Below are positions 9,708-21,930 of a DNA stretch of 36,778 bases, piece after piece (within the stretch, counting starts at the first letter, position 1; the number at the start of each line of letters is the position of its first letter). The stretch lies in assembly GCA_003990765.1 (NCBI GenBank), contig RBNJ01000201.1, positions 1-36,778 of the forward strand, read 5' to 3'. The notes under the pieces are model-generated. The model searched no databases. It had not been told where the DNA came from and worked only from the letters and a program-made list of their open reading frames with translations. A program made the position numbers and the translations under genes. Origin of the DNA: Jimgerdemannia flammicorona. Lineage: Eukaryota.

Positions 9708-12700
9708 TCACGCTTTTTCCGCTCTGGCTGGCGATAGTCCGTATGATACGCCAACGCGAACGAGCAACACGTGCAGCGCGCTGCGAATCTCTGACAGAAG
9801 ATTCTCTTGGATCAAAAGATTAACGCAGGCAGGATAAAACTTCGGCAGATAGTGTTGGAACTGTGAGGGAAATTGACGTACGAAACGCAGAAGGTGATAT
9901 TTTCAGCATCACGTGCACAATCCCAGCAGAATGAAATGTGGGGCAAAAAAAGTAATACATACATCTTTGTCTTGCAAGTTCGCCAGCCCATTCATGATCG
10001 ATACAACGACGGGTGTCCAGGCGCTGATGTTCCGAGGTTTCGTCTCGTGATCAAGCGCTGCGTATGTAAATAAAACATCTGCGCACAAGCTATCACAAAA
10101 TGTAACAAGAATTAGTTCGATTTCAGGAACAAGAGGTTCTAAGCAGTTCCAAGCATGTGTATTCCTGCTTACGGGATCAATCTATCCTGCAACTCCTCCC
10201 GTCTTATTCGCCGATCTTCGAGGTTCTCGACATTGCCATACATCTTCATTAAAACGGCCACATAGCAAGTTGCGCTCGCCGTCTCTTGCTTGAGTAGATT
10301 TGGAAGTTGCTTCATAAATCCTTTTGGCAAAAACAAATGGAAAAGACGGGAGAATTACAGGCCGAATTTGGGGTGGAGGGACCAGTATATTAACAATAAA
10401 AGCAATCACGAAACTCAGCCAAGCATAACTCACCAAATTTCCACAGCGCCGTGCGCAATTCGTTATCAGCATTAAATCTCTGCGCAAAATGGAATGATTT
10501 TTGAAGGCAGCCCATGATATTCATCAGGTGTACAGCAGGAAAGCTAGCGTACACGTCCTCTTTGGTCAGCAACTCATGCACTGTTTGAATGAGAAGCAGT
10601 TGAAGCACGCATTTCACAATGATTTGCTGAAATTCTTTCTGACGCTCTTCGTTGGCGGGAAATTGCTCCGGCGAGATGCGGGCAGAACCGCCAGGAGTGC
10701 CATTCTCCACATGATCAGGCACAATGTCTGCCTTCTCACCTAAAAAATCAAACATATGTCAGATATACGATAAGCGGTATGGCTAAAAATGTTGACAATA
10801 AAAGAGAAATACTCACCAGGGTGGTTTTCATCACGAATACCGTTTGCCCTTTGCTCGTTTGCGGATGCTGCCCGAACATGTTCGACCAAATATTGCGTAT
10901 TATTGAACAGATTATACGCCGTCGTAACTTCGAATAAATGAATAAATGTGTTGGTAATAATCTTCCACGCGTCATCGTCCAATCTCTGCACATTGGCTTC
11001 AATGTACTGTTGCAAACATTGACATCCAATCCGTGCAAGCGTATCATTATCTGTGTTTGAAGATCACGCATAGGTTATATTATGATTGGCGGTTATCATA
11101 AACATTATATCTGTGACAAACCCAATGACAGGCTTACCTTGCGTTATGCACATGCCCAGGAGTTTCAAAACGCTTTCCATCTTGCTACGTAAAATCTCGA
11201 AATGAAACGTATACAGCTCAACAACATTCCGCAAAGCTTGAATCATCGTCGTCGATAACCATACGCTCAAATCTTCTTGGCTCATAGAACGCCGATGCTC
11301 TGAGTTGGGTTTCAGGTCATCGAATATAGGGAAGATGATCTGACGCGAGATGTTGTCCCAGAATTCCAAAGAAAATGATGATCCATTGTCCTTCATCGTT
11401 TCGAAGAGGTAATTTAAGGCTCTTCATTGCATGAACAAGGTACGGGAAATGTGTTTAATTTCATTAGCGTTGCGTGCATCGTGTTCGTATTTATCACCAA
11501 GTCAACTATGCTCGACCTACCTGGTCCTAACTTCTAGGTCATCACTCTTCATTATGACTTCTTTGAGTCCGAACAAAACCGCAAACCAAAACCGTACGGC
11601 AAAGTCATCACTTGTCGAGGAGGTTTTACCAGCTTTACTCGGTTGCACATGGGGATCATTCAAAATCAATTCACCATTCTTGGCCGATTCAACCATCTTG
11701 GGAATCGATAATCGCATCATATCCAATGCTTGCAAGCTAAATGTATCAACGTGTATATATTCAAGAAATCAGAATCGTGCATACTAGTGCGACGTGCGTC
11801 ATTTGACGTATATAAGGTTGCTTACCTTATCTTTTGATATCGTTTGTTTTTTGAAAACTCGCTCAAACAAGATATGAAATCGGGGTATGTGCCATTGGTA
11901 ACGATGTCAGCAAATCGATCGCTGAATAGGCCTCGGACGATGTCAAAGGACATTGAAACGATAGACTCTACAGATTGATTTGATTGATTGATGATTGATT
12001 GTTTTGTTATGTGTGTTTTGTGTTTTGTTTTGTGTTTTTGTGTTTTTTATTTTTTGTGTTTGTGTTTTTTGTGTTTTTTGTGTTTTTTGTGTTTGTGTTT
12101 TTATTTTATTTTTATTTTATTTTATTTTATTTTTTTTGGGGGGGGGAGGGAGGGTTGATATTATTGTAGGAGTGGCAAAAGGGAACAATGAGCTTCAGAA
12201 AGACAGTAGAACAATCGATTACGAAAGACAGCCAAGACAATACCGTGGGTCTCCCTGGCAGCCTTGGAAAACACCCCAAACATGGTCCTCCATCCCGATT
12301 TGATATTGTGGGAACGAGCTTGGATCATCTGGGATAAACATCTCAGAACCTAGAACATAGCGAACAACGAATTCAGTAACCATCGGTTGGTCGCACGCTA
12401 ATAATAATAAATTGACAAATCACGTTTCAAAAAGCGACGTGAAAACAGATAAATAAATAGCTACAAAAAAGAATGATGACTGTCTGCACATACCATGTCT
12501 TTAATCGCAACATCAGGATTGTGGCCCAAGATATGCTCGAAGGGCATCAGGAAATCCTTCTGGAACTTGAAATGTGCCAGCTCTTCTTTTTCCAAAAATT
12601 TCATGGATAATTGCCTGAGCGAATCCAACGCAAAGAACGCAATGTTAAAGTTCGGCTGGCAGCCAACCTGCGTTATTGCCAAATCGTGTTTATATAATTA

Positions 12701-15700
12701 ATAACCTGGAGATATTTAAACTCAATATTTAACGGTGTACTACCAAAACGAAAAAGGAGAGGAAAAGCCACTCCAGTTACTCACGATGTTGAAATGCTCT
12801 CCAAGATGGGCCCAAACATTGGACCACTCCAGGCGAATACGGCCCATGTTGTAATATGAAATCTCGACCAATTTCTGCAAGCTGAACATGCGAGGATGTT
12901 CCAACAAGGCTGAGGACGTAATTTCTTCCCAAGACACCTCGCACAGTGCTCGAACAAAATCAACAATAGCAGGCTTAATTATTTTGTTGCATGCGAACGG
13001 GGAAGAATTAATAACAGGTAAATTAGGATAGCTTCGAACAAAATATCCCAAAGATACTGCCAAGCAAAACGACCAAGGAAGGAACATACCCCGGTCAGAT
13101 TCACCGTTGATGTGAAAAGTTTATCCACAATCAAGATGACTTGATGGGAGTTACTCGCACTGGCCACGTCTTCCGCGAACGTCTATGTAAGAGTAGCAAA
13201 TGAAGATATCTCTCTCAATATTTGAAGCCAACTCACGCACCGGAAGGGAACATATATGTATGTACATCACACCTGTGTATTTTGCCGAGACGGTCTCTTA
13301 TTTGAAATGATTGTAGGCTGTCGTCTCACACTTTCGAGAGAGTTCTTTTGGCTGTTGAAGTTGAGATATTAGGTTAAAGAAAAACCTTATGTACTCGGTT
13401 ATGATAATTAATCTTGACCAAACATACCCAGCCTGTCTTCGCGTGCTCCAAACATCGGGAACGACACCCTGATCCAGGCCGTTGGTAATCAGCTGGAATC
13501 GCTCTAGCTGGCTCACGCACGTCAACACTTCTTTCCAAGATCCTTTAAGATAGCTGCCGTCGGCTGACGACGCAATATCTAATAGCGTCTTGATAGCCTC
13601 AATGTTTTTAAACTTCATCTCACCGAGGTTTGACAGAAAGGTAAACTTGGTCAAGGTAGTCACAAAGGCGTCTCGCTGGAGGTCCATATCTTCCGATTGC
13701 ACCATGTGGAACAAGCATATGACACGAATTGCAAGCTTAAACCCCTCCAGACACAGATTCACCGTGTCGCTATCATCAGACTCCTGCAAAGGGCCGGAAA
13801 TTCCAGCAAGGAATGCCATCCAAGAAACCTCAAACATTGGGCGCACATGTTCAATGTGCGAAGCGCTGTAAAAGGTGATGCTGTTAACAGTGGCTGCTCC
13901 CCGACGGTTTTTGCTACGCAGCATGCTCTTGAATAACGCCTCTGTTTTGGATCCCATCTCCTCAGTCACAGCTTGCTGAGCGTCACGCTTCGTATCCCTT
14001 CCCAGACCAACACTAACAAGCGCGTTTTGCAGACTGGCAATATTTAACTGCCCCAGCGGCCCCAGCCCTGAAGAGTTTGATATAATCGTAGCACCTGCGG
14101 CAGCCTCCACTTCATCCTTCATCTTGATTTCGTTTTCGTTGATCTCATCGTAAATAGACTCTAATAATTCTTCTGGAAGATCAGCATTATCGTTGATCCC
14201 ACGATTGTTTTTGATAAATTCTGATTTTGTCATGCGCTTCTTGACCTGTCGATTGTGAAGATCGGTATTCAGCATGATTACGGAGTAAGCCAGAACATAC
14301 GCAGTGTCTGTCATGAAGAATGGTATACAAGTTAATAAAATGCATGATTAGACTTTACGACGAAGTAATCTATCAAGATACACTTTACCAGCATTGGCGA
14401 AGGCTGCCGGATTGCCATTCACATAGCGTTCAGCGAATTTCAACATGAATCGATCAATTTTCTGTGCCTCGCCAGGTAACCTGAAAGACTGCAGGAATTG
14501 TCTCAGGGCGTCGGTAAACTTCATGTCGAGGAAAACCATCTGGTCAACGAACGCGTGCATGATGCTAACGTTCTCTTGTTCACTAGTGGAAATAAAACAT
14601 CACAAAAAACAAGTGATGTGTTAAAGACGGTGAAGACGTTAACAAACACTCCATCAATATCATATCACCACCACCAAAAATGGGCTTCCCATTGCATTAA
14701 TATCACATCATTTCTTTCCCTTTACTCGCATTTACCTACCCTTCACCCAAATATTCGCCAATCATAGCTTTACTCAAACCCTCGGTCGTGAGCAAAAACT
14801 TGGCGACATCTATCGGCTCCATACTTTTAATGAATCCTCCGCTTAAAAGGTATTGAATACCCTTCTTCGGTTTCCAGTTAAATTTGCGAATGCCTTCCTG
14901 CAGCATCTGCTTTCGATGCTTCAAATTCTCAAACTGCTCAGGATCGTCAAGACCAGCTGAGCGGCTGTCCGTGCCCGTCACAACCGAATAGGTAGAAGAC
15001 GACGGAGAAAAGTGATGATTGCTGGAATTGCTGTGGGTCGTCAACTGCTCGTGTACACCTCCGTTGTTCAAATTGGCGAAATCCTCACTATCACGCGGGG
15101 TACCTGAAACGACGCTGTCCTCAACATCCCCGCTGTTCGTAGGAAGGCTCACGGCTCCCTTGTTGTACCACGCTACAAGCGAACGCAGCACCGAAACGAG
15201 ACATTCGAGCGATTTGGCTTTCAGCGCGAACTCGGTTGGTGGGTGTGATGACGTAGTGTGCCTATCGGTCGTCAACACAGAATCAGTAGTAAGGGATGGT
15301 GGTATGACAACAATGGAGGACGCCACGCTTGTTAAAGATGTATCGGATGTGTTGACTGTGGATGAGGAATACGGGCTCGATGCAGTGGATGAAGGGTTTG
15401 AGCCTGAATCTGTTGCTTCCTTAGTTGTGGGCATGGCGGTATATGTCGTAGTGATCTTCGATAACACATTCACAAGGCTGGATGAATTCGATGGCAGTAA
15501 CAGGTTATCAGCAAGTTGTCAGACAATACCACATGTCGCACGACATAGATTTACAATGTATAGACAAACCGCTCGTAGATATTGTCCAGTGCTTCCTTGT
15601 CACAGTCGTAGTTCAGATACATCTCTACCAACGTCTGTGGATCGCTACAAATCCGTAAAACAACCTTCAAGAGCGAGTGCTTCTGTTGGAATGAGGCAGT

Positions 15701-18277
15701 GCGCATCTCGAGGATTGGAAGAAAAATTTCGTTGAAGAAAACCTCGATCTCTTTCTGATCGACAGATATCGTTCCACATGTAATAGTGCATAGATCGAAT
15801 TGGAGGTGCATGAAGGAGTTAGAGGCCAAATCTGCAGAGAAATACAAAATATTTCCCCCTCTGTATGTATTTTTTCTCTTTCATTCAAAAAGAGAAAGAA
15901 AAAAAAGGGAAAGATCGGCCCCATTTACAAAGACACTTCAGGTAAGCCGACAATATTCTACGCACCTTCAAAAACATTCTCAGTCCCTGCATAACCTTCC
16001 AAAAGATTTCAAGGCTAATGTCAAACACCTGAGGTACGACAGACACAGCGTTCCGACTCAAGCTTAGGCACAAGTATTGCTTCACAGCTTGAATGAAAGG
16101 CGTAGACTGAATGCCGCCTTGGGGAGGACCATCGGGCGAGCCGGTTGAGGTGAGAACAACGAAGGGGGATGTAAAAACTTGCAAATGCGAGGTCAGGATT
16201 GTGAGCACGAGGTGCAGGGAAAGGAGCTTTGAGCGCATCGAGTACGATTTTAGATCAGCAGTTCTATTTGTTTTTGATCATTGCATATGGTGAGATATTA
16301 ATCAGGGTATAAGGCGGTCTCTCGGTTCTTCAATAGTACCTACCCTTCCATAGAAATGGGTTTCATCGACAGCTTGCATAAGGCTCGAAGCACTAGGAAA
16401 GCATCCTTGACATATAAATCCGCTTGCGTATCATATTCCATTCGCTCGAGGGTTGCGTTGTCAAAAGATTTGCGGTTTTCGAAGGATTTTCTGCAATGCA
16501 CATTTTTCAAACAGAATGCGCGTTTAGAAAATAACAATCTTGAAGATAGATGCATTTTTAACCGCCCTCCCCTTCCTTCCTCTTCCTATTAGCCCCCTTT
16601 TCACCGCGCATTCTTTCACCACACGTATCCAATTCTCTTATCCACGCGGTTCAAGAACGAACACAAAACGAATAAACAAGAAACGGCAAGGAATAATAAT
16701 TCATACTGATGCCATTCAGTAGTATATATCGATACGTACAGGGTAAGCGGATCGCTCTGATTTTTTGGCTCCGTCGCCCCCGTCGCGACCAACGTCTTCA
16801 CACTCTCTCTCCGGTCTGTATTCGATGACTCCCCGCCATTTCCGTTCACATGTGTCACTTCCACACTCTCAAATGACTCCTCTACTTCAGCTACCTGCTG
16901 AGTCTTCCCGAAATCTTCGTCCGCATCTTCCTCAGTTCCGTTCAAAGATGTCGCAGATATAGGTAATCTAGGTGATTTAAGTGATCTAGGTGATTTAGGT
17001 GATTTTAGTGAGGAGGCCGAGTCAGCCGCTTCGTCCGTAAATGCTTGTTGCATAGTATCTACAAAATCCTCCACTGCCCCTTCCTGCCCATTTTCCTCCG
17101 CTGCCTCCTGCCGCGCGGCGTTGAACTCCTCCACAATTTTTTCCTCCAACGATTTTCTTTCCTCAACAACTACCGTCAACTCCGTTGCCAACTCTGCCGC
17201 CACAGCTGATCCTGCGACTTTCTGCGCGCTACTAGTCAGAGATGCTGACGACTCGGAGCCCGCTGGCGACCGTGTGGGTCGAGCGCCAACTTTGACGCGC
17301 CCAAATACCTGGTGAACCATCTGCGTGAGTGTCGCCTGCGCAATAGTCTGGTTTGCTGGGTTCCGTGATAACAAGAAAATGTTGTAGCATGTGCGCACGG
17401 CCTTAAGCAAACTCGACTGATGGATCGGGGTGCTGGAGGAGAGGACCGCAGCCAGTAGGGCCTTGATTATCTGAAGTTGAACCTTCTCGTCTGTATTCTC
17501 ACCCACAAAGCTGTCACATATCACGTCTACCACCGTCTCCATTAGCGCGAAAGCATGGCTCGTTGCCGTCGTGTCGCTATTCTCCCCGCTCGACGAACGA
17601 ACGCCAGCATCAGCGTCCACGTCGACGAGATAATTGTAGGAGATGAGCTTGCCTAGGCAGTCTAGTGAGATGACCATGACGTTGGCGGATCCGGTCTCAA
17701 TAGCTAATCGTAGCGGTGTGAAAATTAAGGATGATCTTGATCGACGAGTTTAAAATTGTGTCAATTGGGATTGTTCTAAAAGATATACAGCGGTGCATAT
17801 TCATAGAAGACCGACGATGATGGAGATCGAGACAAAACGGCGTTGGGACAGGACTCTTACCGTGTCGTGCCGTCCGGGATCGCGTCACCCTTTTTAAAAA
17901 CCACTGCATATTGAATTGTGAAAGAGAGAGGTTGGAGGAAGTGCAATGAGTGTGGACGAAGATAATGGAATCGACTAGCCCAAGGGACGACTGAATATTT
18001 AGTGTTGCTTGTAGGGCAGATCCACTTGTGCACCCTCTCTGTCTTCGATGTGACTCTCTTCAAGACACGTGCTACAACGTCCAGGCAGCCCTCTGTACCG
18101 TCCAAAAGCTCGAGACGAACTGAATATAGGATTCGAGCACGTACATAGGGCCTTGTCTATGCCGTCCTTCAACAGCTTGTTCTTCCTCGCATCCCTACTG
18201 GCTCCGATCTTCTCCAGGGCGTTGATGATGAAAACATTGCTTGAGGAGGCGGAGGTTGGAAGTGGTTGCGTTGACAT
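9708..18277 (-). CDS. SEC7: Large ARF guanine-nucleotide exchange factor Sec7/BIG1 (multi-exon)
   Basis: DCB region ([20 protein letters not shown]), HUS box (YLNYDCD), Sec7 domain with the glutamic finger [14 protein letters not shown] (14348-14560) and [12 protein letters not shown], and HDS motifs ([32 protein letters not shown]). GT-AG introns; stop TGA at 9708-9710. Confidence 0.96.
11970..12150. repeat. Intronic low-complexity tract (GATT, TGTGTTTT, TTTTA repeats)
   Basis: Visible simple repeats inside a SEC7 intron. Confidence 0.85.
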
Positions 18278-18372
18278 TTCCGGGAGTTGGGGGTTGAGGA
18301 GGAGGGTGGGCTTATCACCCCTTCTGCAGCGCCTCGTTATATAATAAATTCATCGATTGGGTGGCTGAGTGG

Positions 18373-18380
18373 TGACGTCA
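18373..18380. promoter_or_regulatory. CRE/ATF palindrome TGACGTCA in a 165-bp divergent promoter (SEC7 / U3-associated gene)
   Basis: Perfect palindrome between head-to-head ATGs at 18277 and 18443. Confidence 0.5.
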
Positions 18381-18442
18381 TCGGGTTCTCTTCCAAAAAT
18401 ACCAAAATTTTCAACTGTTCAAAAATAACTTCATCCTTCATC

Positions 18443-19709
18443 ATGCCAGCAGAAACCCCTTCAGACACCCCTTCCTCTCGCTTACGCAATCGCATCAGGG
18501 AGGACACCCCATCATTAGTCCAGCCAAACCCCAGTCGAAGGAACGACACTCCCAAACCTCAGTCGACACAGCTCACCCAGAATCAAGTAACGCCTAAACC
18601 GCAAATCACACCCAAATCGATTCTTGACTCTAGCGACAACCATGAAGAGGGTAACTCCGATGACGAAGCTCCTGAGGCCGTTTCCATCTCGTCCAGTAAG
18701 ATAGAGGCGTTGCAGGCGGCTCAGCTGGAGAAGGAATTCTCCCAAAAGTAAGTGTATGATATGACATCCATCTTGGAGTCGTATGTCGAATAAACCCTTA
18801 TATATTCACTGTTAAGCAATTAATTAAAAAAAAAAAAAAAAAAAAATCACAGGCTCCAAGCGGCCCAGAAAGAAAAACGGCGCCAACGCGACACGAAGCT
18901 CAAAGAACAGAAAGAAGGCTCGAAAAGATCCAAAAAGACGACCTTTGAGAACAAGGATGCGGATACTCAAGAGACGTCCATTAAAAGAAAGAATCAGCCT
19001 GAAAAGCCACCACAAACTGAACACGACGTTTCGAACACGTTAGTGGCTGACCAAATTTCTGAAACCCGAGGCGAGGTTGATAAGGATGGGACCGAGATGC
19101 CGTTCAAAAAACCCGTATTACCGACTTTATTGCCATTGGATATGCTAGAAGATGTGGCGAAAGAGGAGGCCGAGCAGCGAAAGAAGCGGAAACATTTGCG
19201 GCTGGATGATTTCGATGCGATAGCCAAAGAGGAGGAGGAGGAAGGGCGAGAGACGAAAAATAAACTGAAGCGGAAAAAGACGAAGACGGAGGGCAAGAAG
19301 GTTGGGTGAGTTTAGGTGTTGTAGGGCCTCTTGTATGAATGCCTTGTCGGATGATTCTAATACTACTTCGTTCTTATTTGGTAAAATATGCCTGCAATAC
19401 GCATTGTCATTTTTCAGACCGTTCACAGTGGTCATCTTGGACAAACCATCACCGAAACCAGCCCCAGTTGCATCACACATTCAGAATTTCCGAGAAAGCC
19501 ATTTCTTTGGAAATGGTCGGGTACCAAGAAAGGATGGTGAGTTACTTTTTGCGTTTTCTACACTTGGCACACCACGTCTTGTAATATGTTGTGTTCAACA
19601 GACACTTATTTTACATACAGCTATCTTGAATATCAGTCAAAAAAATCGCGGGGCAGCGGCGGTATTCCGACGCCAAAACCCGGCTGGCCCGCCGCTAAAA
19701 AAAATATAG
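18443..19709 (+). CDS. U3 snoRNA-associated nucleolar protein (Bud21/Utp16-like); exons 18443-18747, 18853-19305, 19418-19536, 19621-19709
   Basis: SDDEAPEAVS motif, KEKRRQRDTKLKEQK, LPTLLPLDML and FRESHFFG..R.PR. Canonical splice sites keep the frame. Confidence 0.7.
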
Positions 19710-19986
19710 TAATGATGAGGTTAGCATGCAGCAATGTATTTTTAATAGACATGATTCGTGACAAATACGGATAGCAGTCAATACCGACTGCATGGCGCAG
19801 CGGGTGGTGGCTGAATGATAATTAGATATTTTTGGCACAAAATGAATCGTGTTGGGCTCCTAGCTGAACAAGTGGTCCAATCAGCGCCTTCCCCAGACGC
19901 CGAGGCTCCATAAAGTCCCTTTCTTCGTGCTGCCAACTCTCTAGGTCCTCCTTTGTTCGTTCTATACATATACCGGAGCCCACACC

Positions 19987-21158
19987 ATGTCCTGCACAAA
20001 CTTCGTCGACCTGACAGCTATACCGGACATGGTGACTCCAACCCAAACAAACTCAACAACAGAGACCCTCACCACCATGTCCATGGACCCTCAAACTCCC
20101 ATCGCTCCTGCCCCTTCCACCTCCACAACCTCCACTGTCCCGTCCGTGACCCAGGTCACTGGTGGCAGGAAGAGGAAGGCTTCCCTGGATGATAAGGACG
20201 CGAAGACGAGGGAGCGGTGAGTTGATTTTTGCACTGCTAATACTCGTTGAACCGACGATTTACATCGTGTACCTGTACCGTGCTAGAGAAACTGGTTGCC
20301 TGACTCAAATATTTATTTCTTAACTCCAGAATCTTGCGCAACCGTGCCGCCGCCCAAGATTCGCGGGACAAGAAGCGCCGCTACGTCGCCGACCTCGAGG
20401 ATGCCAACAACGACCTCAAAACAGACAACGAGCGTCTGTCCAAGCGCGTGAAAGTGGTAGAGGAAGAGAACGCCATTCTCTCTGCGCGGCTGGAATCCAT
20501 CGCCGCCCAACTCTCACAAATCCAAAGCCAGCTCCGGTTCAACGAAATCACTCAGTTCTTGTTTGACGGTTTTCGCGAGTCAGCAGCACTCGCGAGCGTA
20601 GTTGGCAGGGACCGCAACGCCCGCTCTCATGTTCGTGGTAATGATAAACACGAAGAGCCTGCATTGCGTTCCCAGCCTTCTATTTCCCAGCAGCGGAAGC
20701 CATCGGATCGGAACAAAGTGATGACGTCGACCACCGCGAGCTTGGCCAATCGACACCGGCCTCCTCGCTTTACACATCCGAAGACGACGACCTTACGGAT
20801 TCTCCTTCCTCCCCCGAAGCGTCGTCTTCGTCGTCCTCGTGCTCCGACGTGTCGCCTTCCCCCCTCCTCTCGTCCGAGGCTGACCCAAAACTCAAGCTCG
20901 AGCCAGGCCTTCAGGTCGATGCTGATTTTCTTCTCGATGATCTTCTTGACTGGGAAGGCCAGCAACCTGTTCTACCCCTCGTCCTTTTTGAGGATGTCCC
21001 CGTATGATTACATGTCGTCTGGCCGCTCGGAGGAGGAAATTGCCACCGCCGATCGCGCGCTTGCCCTGTTCGCAAGAACTCTCGAACGAGGCAACCCCAG
21101 GATGAACCGGAGGTCCATCCTCAAATGGAGAGACGAATTCGCTAAGCGCCCACCTTGA
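19987..21158 (+). CDS. HAC1: UPR bZIP transcription factor HAC1/XBP1-like. Spliceosomal intron 20217-20329. Unspliced form ends at 21158 (352 aa); IRE1-spliced form ends at 21007 (266 aa)
   Basis: GRKRK...KTRERILRNRAAAQDSRDKKRRYVADLE basic region and leucine zipper, followed by ESAAL, the XBP1-type junction motif, and two IRE1 hairpins. Confidence 0.9.
20584..20690 (+). other. Predicted IRE1-excised unconventional intron (107 nt)
   Basis: Hairpin 1 TCGCGAGT-CAG|CAGC-ACTCGCGA (20573-20595) and hairpin 2 TTCC-CAG|CAGC-GGAA (20684-20698). Removal shifts the frame into an open acidic tail. Confidence 0.85.
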
Positions 21159-21261
21159 CAACCGAACCTGGAGTTCGCCTATCGTTCGCATACTATCGTT
21201 GTACGTTTTGCATATATATGTAGATAGTAGTTTTTTTTTTTTCCGGTACTTATCATTTCAA

Positions 21262-21364
21262 ATCCCCTTCGAACCCCCCCCCTGCAACCCCACCCTCCTC
21301 GAACCCCACCCCCTGCAACCCCACCCTCCTCGAACCCCATCCCCCTCGAACTCCACCCCCTTCC
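21262..21364 (+). repeat. C-rich tandem repeats (CCCCTGCAACCCCACCCTCCTCGAACCCCA-like) downstream of the bZIP stop
   Basis: Two near-perfect ~31-bp units plus partial copies. Confidence 0.8.
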
Positions 21365-21930
21365 CATTTAATATGTTTGCATTTTTGCGTCTTGCGCCTT
21401 TCCGCAGATTGCCTTATGGACATTGGACCGTTTCCTATGCTTGTTACTTGCGTTCGTTCCAAGTCTTACACTTTTTGTTTCCGTTTCACCGTGTCACCAT
21501 CTACGGATCGTCCTGTCCTTCAGTAGAAATCGGATTCTAAAGGGAGTTGCCGAGATGAAAATACGTACGCAATATTGCTAGCTGTGCTCGTGTTGGGTTC
21601 GTCCATATGCAGTTGCAGTGCTGAGTAATAAATCATTGAATTAGTAGTAATAATTTATCTGGTTGATTGCCTGGCGAAGCATATACTGCTTTTCATATTA
21701 GCATTGGACAAATATTTGCGTTTCTATTCATATGTAGATATTTTCGAATACGACAGGGATGAGCAGAAAGAGGCATAGGATTTATAACAGATTCACCGTG
21801 TTGTCCTACATTTGATCGGCTATCCACGATCCCCCTGTATTCATTCCATCTCCGCCAGTCATCCAGATCACGATACGGAAGTGTTTTCTTGATTTAACCA
21901 TCGCTAACACTTAACCCCCTTAAGTCTGTA

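Noticed and set aside
15019..15735. 238-aa + strand ORF
   Set aside because: Antisense shadow of a SEC7 exon.
19877..19895. ERSE-like CCAAT-N9-CCACG in the bZIP promoter
   Set aside because: The sequence is CCAAT-N9-CCCCA, so the second half-site does not match.
20655..20672. Third IRE1-like loop CTGCATT
   Set aside because: It lacks the conserved G at loop position 6 and the stem is weak.
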